From NCBI GenBank assembly GCA_032718475.1, contig JAUCBJ010006305.1, positions 1 to 64,000 of the forward strand: 64,000 nucleotides of DNA. The letters are read 5' to 3'. The notes under the pieces are model-generated. The model did no database searches, had not been told where the DNA came from, and saw nothing but the letters and a program-made list of their open reading frames with translations. Made by a program: the position numbers and the translations under genes. The stretch's first letter is position 1; each line of letters starts with the position of its first letter. The stretch is from Nemertoderma westbladi (lineage: Eukaryota > Animalia > Xenacoelomorpha). Of the stretch, positions 49,882 to 61,444 are shown one piece after another.

Positions 49882-49956
49882 ATGGATTCAAATTACGAGA
49901 AATTACCCTGTCTTCACGAAATGTTTATGGAGCAGGCCAAACTCACTCCAAATAAG
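49882..49956 (+). CDS. NRPS-like gene exon 1 (MDSNYEKLPCLHEMFMEQAKLTPNK)
   Basis: ATG at 49882; LHE.F.EQA..TP pattern typical of the start of A domains; donor gtaagt at 49957. Confidence 0.8.
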
Positions 49957-52900
49957 GTAAGTTAACTTGATGTTTTTTGTGTATTTTTTAGCAGTCCCAT
50001 ATTTTAATAGTGCCCATGCCCTTTCTTTAAAGGAAAGGCGTTATATCAATTATTTTATTATTAGTATCTTTTTTATAACCGGCTCCTCATTATTAGTTGA
50101 AGCGTTTAGGGTTATTTTGATCTAACGTCCCACTTCTAAGAAAGGGAAAACGGACAGACACACTTATAGCCAAACTGACAGACAGGCAAACATACATGCG
50201 AACGGAGAAGCAGTCAGACTGTCAGATAAACATACATACAGTACAGATGGACAAACAGTCGGACAGGGGAAAACGTAGGCCTACGACGACAGACTTTCTG
50301 AATTACATACGGACCAGCAGACAGGTAATGCAGACAAATGAAACAGCTGTAAGTTGTTTATTTATATGGGCCTATATATTTCCATATTATAGACAGCCGT
50401 TGTAGAAGATGGAGGTCGAAAAATCACCTATGGCGAGTTAGATAAACTTACTGACAGCTTGGCAGCCCATCTCCAGTCAATGGGGGTCCTTCCAGACACC
50501 CTGGTTGGTATATATATGGAGAGGTCTCTCAACTACGCAGTGGCTTACATTGCTATACTGAAAGCCGGTTGGTCGATACGTTTACATTTCTATATTTATA
50601 CAACAAATTTCTGAAATCTGATCGGTTAATATATTTACTTACATAGACTTTCTTCTCTGTTGGATCACTTCGGGTGTCAAAAGACCGGTTATAATCTCTG
50701 CACCGAATCATGATTGGTCAGTAAATGTCCAATACCTACAGTATTTCGTCACATAATTGTTTTTTTTATGTAGGTCTATATCATTAATGATTAACGAAAT
50801 TTTTAATTATATTGAACTGTTTTACTGGTATTGTTTTAGGTGGCGGTTATGTACCAATGGACCCATCCTACCCTCCATCACTCCTTCTGTCTGTATTGGA
50901 GGACTGCCAGGCTGTTGCCGTGGTTACTAATAAACAGTTCTCGGAAGTAATAACTCAAGTGAAACCTGAGTGCGCGAGAATACTAGTGGTATTAAGCAAC
51001 GATTCTGATTGGTTGAACTCTGAAACACCTGAATCTTATAAGCTTCCTTGTATCTCATTGGATAATATCGCTTACTGCGCTTACTCAAGCGGGACTACAG
51101 GTAAGCTAAATAAAGTCTCGCCTCTGAACTGGTAACTGGTCAGGGCAGTGAAGACTCCCTGTATATTTAAAACGGATACTGCACGTTTGAGAACTTTCCC
51201 GTTCAGATTTACCCCTTACAACTTAAAAGGTGGGCAAGATAATGAATAAACAACATTATGCAATAATTAACACAGTTTGGATGATTGGATGTTGTGAAGA
51301 CGAATCGAACTGGCCATGTACAAGACCTGGTTATGCGACCGCAAGCAACCTTCACACAAACAGATCTGTATCACGACCCCGTGTCTACCTCAAACTTACA
51401 GATAATAGGCATGGCATTACTTTATTAATTATTTAATGATTTAATTAACGTTTATATTCCCAGGTAAACCGAAAGGTATTGTTTGTCGACATCGAGGGGC
51501 CGCGTATTCCTACACATGGAGGTTCGAGAACTTCCCCTATAAGGAGGATGAGAGAGAAGCTTGCAATGTGTTTTTTGTTTGGGAAATGATGCGACCACTT
51601 CTAAGGGGTTGGTTAATTAATTAAAAATAGAAAGTCAACGAATACAAATTGTTTTAGTAATAGAGTTTCTACGAGTAAATAACTCAATCTCTACTACTTG
51701 TACTAGTTGTACTGTAATGTGAAGTGAACTTGAACAAATAGCTATTTATTATTTTATTTTTATTTTATTTTTTCAATATTCCACAGGAGCGTCGTTATAT
51801 ATAATACCGGACAACGTTATTTACGATCCAGCAAATTTGGTTAAATTTATCGAGACTAACGCCATAACCAGGATGTTGTTTACCCCGTCGCTATTGGAAA
51901 CTGTTTTGGATACGCGCGGAATCTCGTTGACCCGTTGCAAATCATTATCGTACGTAATTAGACATCAGCAATCTTATTAAAGCATTAAATTTAATTAGTG
52001 GAAATGTTTCTTTCAGATATAATAGAAAGTTTACTATATTTGTACGTAAAGTAGACCAAAAGAGGTTGAATTACTGGGAGAAAAACTTGGGATAGGAGTA
52101 GGTATTACTACTACTACTAGGGTCGGCATGCTGCATTGCTGCTGCATTTTTAAGAATGCTGTGCCGGCTTGTCAACAAAATTGCACCGCCACAACTCCCT
52201 ATCACCCATGACATTTGCTAGATCATCCGCATCTTCAAGGCCAGTGTCCTTTAAGATGCGTCTCAAGAAAGTCATGGGCTGTCCACCATGCTTATTCACT
52301 CCATGAGGCTGCCAAAGTACAAGATTATGCACTGGCTGGTCCTCACGGCGAAAGCAATGTCCTGCAAAGCGGAGGCGATTTTGTTCTAGTGTCAAGCTTG
52401 GGGGAACCAATTAGACACCTCCAATGTTATAGTGTCTAGTTGGAGATGTGTGCATTGTACTTGACACAATAAACCTGGCGTAGCATTCTTGTGAATGTGC
52501 CATCCAGAGATTTGGTGTCCTCAGCAGTTAGAGCCCAGCATGGACTCCCATAGAGGAGTACTGGAACTACTGCTGCTCTAAATAATTGAACCTTAAGTTT
52601 CGATTAATTCTCGGTGACTTCCAAATCCTGGAAAGCCTATTCAAGGCTGCCCTTGCCTTTCCCTTACGTATTCGAAGGTCCTCACCTGACTTCCGGATCC
52701 ATGATCCCAGGAAACAGAAGTCGTCCACATGCTCAAGCAAACCATCCTTGGGGCTTATTAGAGACTTGCTGAGGACTTTCAGATTTTTCGGGAGAAAAAC
52801 TTGGGATAGGAGTAGCGCCCACCCCTACCCTCGGGTTGCAGATAGGAGTAGCGCCCACCCCTACCTTCGGGTAGCAGATAGGAGTAGCACCCACCCCTAC

Positions 52901-55900
52901 CTTCGGGTAGCAGATAGAAGTAGCGCCCACCTCTACCCTCGGGTTGCAGATAGGAGTAGCGCCCACCCCTACCTTCGGGTAGCAGATAGGAGTAGCACCC
53001 ACCCCTACCCTCGGGTAGCAGATAGAAGTAGCGCCCACCCCTACCCTCGGGTAGCAGCGGGTAGCAGATAGGAGTAGCGCCCACCCCTACCCTCGGGTAG
53101 CAGATAGAAGTAGCGCCCACCCCTACCTTCGGGTAGCAGATAGGAGTAGCGCCCACCCCTACCTTCGGGTAGCAGATAGGAGTAGCGCCCACCCCTACAT
53201 TCGGGTAGCAGATAGGAGTAGCACCCACCCCTACCTTCGGGAGCAGATAGGAGTAGCACCCACCCCTACCTTCGGGTGGCAGATAGGAGTAGCACCCACC
53301 CCTACCTTCGGGAGCAGATAGGAGTAGCGCCCACCCCTACCTTGGGGTATCAGATAGGAGTAGCGCCCACCCCTACCTTCGGGTAGCAGATAGGAGTAGC
53401 GCCCACCCCTACCTTCGGGTAGCAGATAGGAGTAGCGCCTACCCCTACCCTCGGGTTGCAGGTAGGAGTAGCGCCCACCCCTACCTTCGGGTAGCAGATA
53501 GGAGTAGCACCCACCCCTACCTTCGGATAGCAGATAGGAGTAGCGCCTACCCCTACCCTCTGGTAGCAGAGAGGAGTAGCACCCACCCCTACCTTCGGGT
53601 AGCAGATAGGAGTAGCGCCCACCCCTACCTTCGGGTAGCAGATAGGAGTAGCGCCCACCCCTACCTTCGGGTAACAGATAGGAGTAGCGCCCACCCCTAC
53701 CTTCGGGTAGCAGATAGGAGTAGCGCCCACCCCTATCTTCGGGTAGCAGATAGGAGTAGCGCCCACCCCTACCCTCGGGTAGCAGATAGGAGTAGCGCTC
53801 ACCCCTACCTTCGGGTTGCAGATAGGAGTAACGCCTACCCCTACCTTCGGGTAGCAGATAGGAGCAGCGCCCACCCCTACCTTCGGGTAACAGATAGGAG
53901 TAGCGCCCACCCCTACCTTCGGGTAGCAGATGAGTAGCGCCCACCAATGCCCTCGGGTTGCAGATATGAGGAGCGCCACCCCCACCTTCGGGTAGCAGAT
54001 AGGAGTAGCGCCCACCCCTACCTTCGGGTAGCAGATAGGAGTAGCGCCCACCCCTACCTTCGGGTAGCAGATAGGAGTAGCGCCCACCCCTACCTTCGGG
54101 TAGCAGATAGGAGTAGCGCCCACCCCTACCTTCGGGTAGCAGATAGGAGTAGCGCCCACCCCTACCCCCGGGTATCAGATAGGAGTAGCGCCCACACCTA
54201 CCTTCGAGTAGCAGATATGAGTAGCACCCACCCCTAACCTCGGGTAGCAGATAGGAGTAGCCGCCACCCCTACCTTCGGGTAGCAGATAGGAGTAGCCAC
54301 ACCCCTACCTTCGGGTAACAGATAGGAGTAGCCGCCACCCTACCCTCGGGTAACAGATAGGAGTAGCGCCCACCCCTACCCGGGTAGTAGATAGGAGTAG
54401 CGCCTACCCCTACCCTCTGGTAGCAGAGAGGAGTAGCACCCACCCCTACCTTCGGGTAGCAGATAGGAGTAGCGCCCACCCCTACCTTCGGGTAGCAGAT
54501 AGGAGTAGCGCCCACCCCTACCTTCGGGTAACAGATAGGAGTAGCGCCCACCCCTACCTTCGGGTAGCAGATAGGAGTAGCGCCCACCCCTATCTTCGGG
54601 TAGCAGATAGGAGTAGCGCCCACCCCTACCCTCGGGTAGCAGATAGAAGTAGCGCCCACCCCTACCCTCGGGTAGCAGCGGGTAGCAGATAGGAGTAGCG
54701 CCCACCCCTACCCTCGGGTAGCAGATAGAAGTAGCGCCCACCCCTACCTTCGGGTAGCAGATAGGAGTAGCGCCCACCCCTACCTTCGGGTAGCAGATAG
54801 GAGTAGCGCCCACCCCTACATTCGGGTAGCAGATAGGAGTAGCACCCACCCCTACCTTCGGGAGCAGATAGGAGTAGCACCCACCCCTACCTTCGGGTGG
54901 CAGATAGGAGTAGCACCCACCCCTACCTTCGGGAGCAGATAGGAGTAGCGCCCACCCCTACCTTGGGGTATCAGATAGGAGTAGCGCCCACCCCTACCTT
55001 CGGGTAGCAGATAGGAGTAGCGCCCACCCCTACCTTCGGGTAGCAGATAGGAGTAGCGCCTACCCCTACCCTCGGGTTGCAGGTAGGAGTAGCGCCCACC
55101 CCTACCTTCGGGTAGCAGATAGGAGTAGCACCCACCCCTACCTTCGGATAGCAGATAGGAGTAGCGCCTACCCCTACCCTCTGGTAGCAGAGAGGAGTAG
55201 CACCCACCCCTACCTTCGGGTAGCAGATAGGAGTAGCGCCCACCCCTACCTTCGGGTAGCAGATAGGAGTAGCGCCCACCCCTACCTTCGGGTAACAGAT
55301 AGGAGTAGCGCCCACCCCTACCTTCGGGTAGCAGATAGGAGTAGCGCCCACCCCTATCTTCGGGTAGCAGATAGGAGTAGCGCCCACCCCTACCCTCGGG
55401 TAGCAGATAGGAGTAGCGCTCACCCCTACCTTCGGGTTGCAGATAGGAGTAGCGCCCACCCCTACCCTCGGGTAGCAGATGAGTAGCGCCCACCAATGCC
55501 CTCGGGTTGCAGATATGAGGAGCACCACCCCCACCTTCGGGTAGCAGATAGGAGTAGCGCCCACCCCTACCTTCGGGTATCAGATAGGAGTAGCGCCCAC
55601 CCCTACCTTCGGGTAGCAGATAGGAGTAGCGCCCACCCCTACCTTCGGGTAACAGATAGGAGTAGCGCCCACCCCTACCCCCGGGTATCAGATAGGAGTA
55701 GCGCCCACACCTACCTTCGAGTAGCAGATATGAGTAGCACCCACCCCTAACCTCGGGTAGCAGATAGGAGTAGCCGCCACCCCTACCTTCGGGTAGCAGA
55801 TAGGAGTAGCCACACCCCTACCTTCGGGTAACAGATAGGAGTAGCCGCCACCCTACCCTCGGGTAACAGATAGGAGTAGCGCCCACCCCTACCCGGGTAG

Positions 55901-58900
55901 TAGATAGGAGTAGCGCCTACCCCTACCCTCTGGTAGCAGAGAGGAGTAGCACCCACCCCTACCTTCGGGTAGCAGATAGGAGTAGCGCCCACCCCTACCT
56001 TCGGGTAGCAGATAGGAGTAGCGCCCACCCCTACCTTCGGGTAACAGATAGGAGTAGCGCCCACCCCTACCTTCGGGTAGCAGATAGGAGTAGCGCCCAC
56101 CCCTATCTTCGGGTAGCAGATAGGAGTAGCGCCCACCCCTACCCTCGGGTAGCAGATAGGAGTAGCGCTCACCCCTACCTTCGGGTTGCAGATAGGAGTA
56201 ACGCCTACCCCTACCTTCGGGTAGCAGATAGGAGCAGCGCCCACCCCTACCTTCGGGTAACAGATAGGAGTAGCGCCCACCCCTACCTTCGGGTAGCAGA
56301 TGAGTAGCGCCCACCAATGCCCTCGGGTTGCAGATATGAGGAGCGCCACCCCCACCTTCGGGTAGCAGATAGGAGTAGCGCCCACCCCTACCTTCGGGTA
56401 GCAGATAGGAGTAGCGCCCACCCCTACCTTCGGGTAGCAGATAGGAGTAGCGCCCACCCCTACCTTCGGGTAGCAGATAGGAGTAGCGCCCACCCCTACC
56501 CCCGGGTAGCAGATAGGAGTAGCGCCCACCCCTACCCCCGGGTATCAGATAGGGAGTAGCGCCCACACCTACCTTCGGGTAGCAGATAGGAGTAGCCACA
56601 CCCCTACCTTCGGGTAGCAGATAGGAGCAGCGCCCACCCCTACCTTCGGGTAACAGATATGAGTAGCACCCACCCCTAACCTCGGGTAGCAGATAGGAGT
56701 AGCCGCCACCCCTACCTTCGGGTAGCAGATAGGAGTAGCCACACCCCTACCTTCGGGTAACAGATACCACCCCTACCTTCGGGTAGCAGATAGGAGTAGC
56801 GCCCACCACTACCTTCGGGTAGCAGACAGGAGTAGCGACCACCCCTACCTTCGGGTAGCAGATAGGAGTAGCTCCCACCCCTACCCGGGTAGTAGATAGG
56901 AGTAGAGCCCACCCCTACCCTCGGGTAGTAGATAGGAGTAGAGCCCATCCATAACTTAGGGTAGCAGATAGGAGTAGCACCCACCCCTACCGTTGTGTAG
57001 CACCTAGGAGTAGCGCCCACCCCTACCTTCGGGTAGTAGATAGGAGTAGCGCCCACCCCTACCTTTGGGTAGCAGATATGAGTAGCACCCACCCCTACCT
57101 TAGGGTAGCAGATAGGAGTAGCACCCACCCCTAACGTTGTGTAGCACCTAGGAGTAGCGCCCACCCCTACCTTCAGGTAGCAGATAGGAGTAGCGCCCAC
57201 CCCTACCTTCGGGTATCAGATAGGAGTAGCGCCCACCCCTACCTTCAGGTAGCAGATAGGAGTAGAGCCTACCTATACCTTAGGGTAGCAGATAGGAGTA
57301 GCGCCCACCCCTACCTTCGGGTATCAGATAGGAGTAGCGCCCACACCTACCTTCGGGTAGCAGATAGGAGTAGCGCCCACCCCTACCTTCGGGTATCAGA
57401 TAGGAGTAGCGCCCACACCTACCTTCGGGTAGCAGATAGGAGTAGCGCCCACCCCTACATTCGGGTAGCAGATAGGAGTAGCGCCCACACCTACCTTCGG
57501 GTAGCAGATAGGAGTAGCGCCCACCCCTACCTTCGGGTAGCAGATAGGAGTAGCGCCCACCCCTACCTTCGGGTAGCAGATAGGAGTAGCGCCCACACCT
57601 ACCTTCGGGTAGCAGATAGGAGTAGCGCCCACCCCTACCTTCGGGTAGCAGATAGGAGTAGCGCCCACCCCTACCTTCGGGTAGCAGATAGGAGTAGCGC
57701 CCACCCCTACCTTCGGGTAACAGATAGGAGTAGCGCCCACACCTACCTTCGGGTAGCAGATAGGAGTAGCGCCCACACCTACCTTCGGGTAACAGATAGG
57801 AGTAGCGCCCACACCTACCTTCGGGTAACAGATAGGAGTAGCGCCCACCCCTACCTTCGGGTAGCAGATAGGAGTAGCGCCCACCCCTACCTTCGGGTAA
57901 CAGATAGGAGTAGCGCCCACACCTACCTTCGGGTAGCAGATAGGAGTAGCGCCCACACCTACCTTCGGGTAACAGATAGGAGTAGCGCCCACACCTACCT
58001 TCGGGTAACAGATAGGAGTAGCGCCCACCCCTACCTTCGGGTAGCAGATAGGAGTAGCGCCCACACCTACCTTCGGGTAACAGATAGGAGTAGCGCCCAC
58101 ACCTACCTTCGGGTAACAGATAGGAGTAGCGCCCACACCTACCTTCGGGTAACAGATAGGAGTAGCGCCCACACCTACCTTCGGGTAGCAGATAGGAGTA
58201 GCGCCCACACCTACCTTCGGGTAACAGATAGGAGTAGCGCCCACACCTACCTTCGGGTAGCAGATAGGAGTAGCGCCCACACCTACCTTCGGGTAACAGA
58301 TAGGAGTAGCGCCCACACCTACCTTCGGGTAACAGATAGGAGTAGCGCCCACCCCTACCTTCGGGTAGCAGATAGGAGTAGCGCCCACCCCTACCTTCGG
58401 GTAGCAGATAGGAGTAGCGCCCACACCTACCTTCGGGTAGCAGATAGGAGTAGCGCCCACCCCTACCTTCGGGTAACAGATAGGAGTAGCGCCCACACCT
58501 ACCTTCGGGTAGCAGATAGGAGTAGCGCCCACACCTACCTTCGGGTAACAGATAGGAGTAGCGCCCACACCTACCTTCGGGTAACAGATAGGAGTAGCGC
58601 CCACCCCTACCTTCGGGTAGCAGATAGGAGTAGCGCCCACCCCTACCTTCGGGTAACAGATAGGAGTAGCGCCCACACCTACCTTCGGGTAGCAGATAGG
58701 AGTAGCGCCCACACCTACCTTCGGGTAACAGATAGGAGTAGCGCCCACACCTACCTTCGGGTAACAGATAGGAGTAGCGCCCACCCCTACCTTCGGGTAG
58801 CAGATAGGAGTAGCGCCCACACCTACCTTCGGGTAACAGATAGGAGTAGCGCCCACACCTACCTTCGGGTAACAGATAGGAGTAGCGCCCACACCTACCT

Positions 58901-61444
58901 TCGGGTAACAGATAGGAGTAGCGCCCACACCTACCTTCGGGTAGCAGATAGGAGTAGCGCCCACACCTACCTTCGGGTAACAGATAGGAGTAGCGCCCAC
59001 ACCTACCTTCGGGTAGCAGATAGGAGTAGCGCCCACACCTACCTTCGGGTAACAGATAGGAGTAGCGCCCACACCTACCTTCGGGTAACAGATAGGAGTA
59101 GCGCCCACCCCTACCTTCGGGTAGCAGATAGGAGTAGCGCCCACACCTACCTTCGGGTAACAGATAGGAGTAGCGCCCACACCTACCTTCGGGTAACAGA
59201 TAGGAGTAGCGCCCACACCTACCTTCGGGTAACAGATAGGAGTAGCGCCCACACCTACCTTCGGGTAACAGATAGGAGTAGCGCCCACACCTACCTTCGG
59301 GTAGCAGATAGGAGTAGCGCCCACACCTACCTTCGGGTAACAGATAGGAGTAGCGCCCACACCTACCTTCGGGTAACAGATAGGAGTAGCGCCCACCCCT
59401 ACCTTCGGGTAGCAGATAGGAGTAGCGCCCACACCTACCTTCGGGTAACAGATAGGAGTAGCGCCCACACCTACCTTCGGGTAACAGATAGGAGTAGCGC
59501 CCACACCTACCTTCGGGTAACAGATAGGAGTAGCGCCCACACCTACCTTCGGGTAACAGATAGGAGTAGCGCCCACACCTACCTTCGGGTAACAGATAGG
59601 AGTAGCGCCCACACCTACCTTCGGGTAACAGATAGGAGTAGCGCCCACACCTACCTTCGGGTAACAGATAGGAGTAGCGCCCACACCTACCTTCGGGTAA
59701 CAGATAGGAGTAGCGCCCACACCTACCTTCGGGTAACATATAGGAGTAGCGCCCACACCTACCTTCGGGTAACAGATAGGAGTAGCGCCCACACCTACCT
59801 TCGGGTAGCAGATAGGAGTAGCGACCACCCCTACCTTCGGGTAGCAGATAGGAGTAGCGCCCACCCCTACCTTCGGGTAGCAGATAGGAGTAGCGCCCAC
59901 CCCTACCTTCGGGTAGCAGATAGGAGTAGCGCCCACCCCTACCTTCGGGTAGCAGATAGGAGTAGCGCCCACCCCTACCTTCGGGTAGCAGCTGTCAAAA
60001 GTGGGGCCTTCGGGTTGCCTCCGGCTTCGGACGACTGTTTTCTTTTTTGCTTTTTTTCTACGTAAAGTCTTTGTGAGTAAAGTTAAGTGAAATAAGTTAA
60101 GTTAAATTAAATAAGTTATATATATTTAAAGAATATTCAACTTATTTTCTAGGACTATACTGCTATGCGGGGAGGTGGTGACCACGTCATTAAGAGACCG
60201 TGTTGCTAAGGAGTTACCATGGCTGGAAGCGGTTGTCAACCTTTACTCTATATCCGAATGTCACGACGTATCCGCGTCGAACTTGATCTGCCGCGGGAAG
60301 ATAACGGAAGCCGGGCGTGGCTGCGGGAAGCAGTTCTGCTCGGTGGGTAAATTCCTACCCTGGATCACCGTGTCTATACTCAACGATGTTAATGAATTAC
60401 AGCCGGTTGGCATGCCGGGTCAGGTAAGTAAAGTATTAATTAGTATATCACACTGGTGCTACTGTACTGTATACCACAAACCGGTCCCACAGGTATACCC
60501 TTGTGTGCTCAAAGTAGTTCTACTCTGTAGCACAGTATGTACAGTAGATAATAGTGATTTGCGGGCGGTAAAGGATCACATAACGATAATGAATGATAAA
60601 TTACTAATTGTAAACGATGTACTTGGCAAGTCAGACAAAACAAAAGATCCACGAAGCTACAGGATAGTGGGCCCTTTTACTTACGTGAGGCATATTTGGA
60701 TTTTATAAAGACTAAAGACTCAATTTTTCTTTAACTTACTGTTTTCGTTAGGAAAAGCCTTTCTAGTAATTATTCAAAACAAATTAGGCCTAAAGACAGT
60801 ATATTGAAATAATTACATTACCTAAACTGTACAAGCTACAAAGGTCATACGTACCGGTAAGTTGCAAACAACATACTGTATGGGCCTAATAGAAAGAAAT
60901 ATTAATAAAAATACGCCTTAATAAAATAATAGGAAGGATATAAACCAGCGACACGAGGTGGTATTACTCACTATTTATTACAGATTACAGAATCTGCTGT
61001 TACTGTTATTAGACAAAGAAGACACTGTAATACTGCAAACCATTAATTTCTCACGAAATATGAAACAGAAAGTTTTACATTAACATAATTTTTGATTTTA
61101 TTTTTAAATTATTTTTCGTCCGATTTTCGATATGTATTGTAAGTTTTAGTCCGTCGTATTCGACCCCGCTTTAACACAATTAATTAGTACATACATATGT
61201 ACCCTCATTAATTGATATAATTCATATTCTCTCATTAATTGATATAATTATTGTATTTTTCTATTATATTTCTTATATATTTTTATATATTATTTCCTCT
61301 ATTAACACTTTATCTTTCAGATATTTGTGGGAGGTCCTTCATTAGCTAAGGGTTACCTGAACAGACCGGCGGCCAACGCATATCGATTTATCGACAGGCC
61401 CGAAAATCTACCGGTTTCTTTGGGAGAGAAACTATATCGAACAG
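49882..61444 (+). CDS. ATRR: Spliced NRPS-like adenylation-domain gene, ATRR (glycine betaine reductase)-like; 3' part beyond the window
   Basis: Exons 49882-49956, 50393-50567, 50840-51100, 51464-51607, 51787-51949, 60153-60423 and 61321-61444 all have GT-AG boundaries with matching phases (404 codons, no stops). A-domain motifs: ITYGEL (A1), LKAGGGYVPMD (A2), YSSGTTGKPKG (A3), CNVFFVWEMMRPL, TPSLL, CGEVV, NLYSISECH (A5), GGPSLAKGYLN (A6), LYRTG (A7). The ATRR assignment is from recalled motif similarity. Confidence 0.88.
50393..50567 (+). CDS. NRPS-like gene exon 2 (A1 motif)
   Basis: tatag acceptor; TAVVEDGGRKITYGELDKLTDSLAAHL...VGIYMERS...IAILKA; donor gttggt. Confidence 0.88.
50840..51100 (+). 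CDS. NRPS-like gene exon 3 (A2 to A3)
   Basis: ttttag acceptor; GGYVPMDPSYP...IAYCAYSSGTT; donor gtaagc. Confidence 0.9.
51464..51607 (+). CDS. NRPS-like gene exon 4
   Basis: cccag acceptor; GKPKGIVCRHRGAAYSYTWRF...EREACNVFFVWEMMRPLLR; donor gttggt. Confidence 0.9.
51787..51949 (+). CDS. NRPS-like gene exon 5
   Basis: ccacag acceptor; GASLYIIPDNVIYDP...ITRMLFTPSLLETVLD; donor gtacgt. Confidence 0.88.
52102..52789 (-). mobile_element. Second RTE copy (3' 0.7 kb, same family as 12573-14598), 26-bp TSD
   Basis: Near-identical C-terminal coding region and 3' UTR with a (TAG)n tail; TSD gggagaaaaacttgggataggagtag at 52076-52101 and 52790-52815. Confidence 0.93.
52805..59990 (+). repeat. 36-bp minisatellite, about 200 copies (gataggagtagcgcccacccctaccttcgggtagca)
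   Basis: Unit read directly; the 12-aa periodicity of the spurious ORFs confirms 36 bp. Heterogeneous left part with duplicated blocks, homogeneous right part. Confidence 0.97.
60153..60423 (+). CDS. NRPS-like gene exon 6 (A5 region)
   Basis: ttctag acceptor; TILLCGEVVTTSLRDR...NLYSISECHDV...SVGK...QPVGMPGQ; donor gtaagt. Confidence 0.9.
61321..61444 (+). CDS. NRPS-like gene exon 7 (A6-A7)
   Basis: tttcag acceptor; IFVGGPSLAKGYLNRPAANAYRFI...EKLYRTG; donor gtatac. Confidence 0.9.

Noticed and set aside
50812-51135. Stand-alone ORFs 50812..51135 and 60175..60708 as complete genes
   Set aside because: Each is one exon plus read-through into intron; similarity to A domains stops at the GT donors.
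52733-59972. Long minus-strand ORFs (up to 858 aa; VGVGATPICYPK / LLPEGRGGRYSY)
   Set aside because: By-products of a stop-free 36-bp repeat, open in several frames, starting at non-ATG codons, and antisense within an intron.
52805-59990. CRISPR array (36-bp repeats containing a hairpin)
   Set aside because: Units are head-to-tail with no unique spacers, no cas genes are present, and the context is a eukaryotic intron.
49882-61444. Bacterial contamination or a fresh horizontal NRPS insertion
   Set aside because: Seven canonical spliceosomal introns with host-type TEs inside; no operon-like neighbours.
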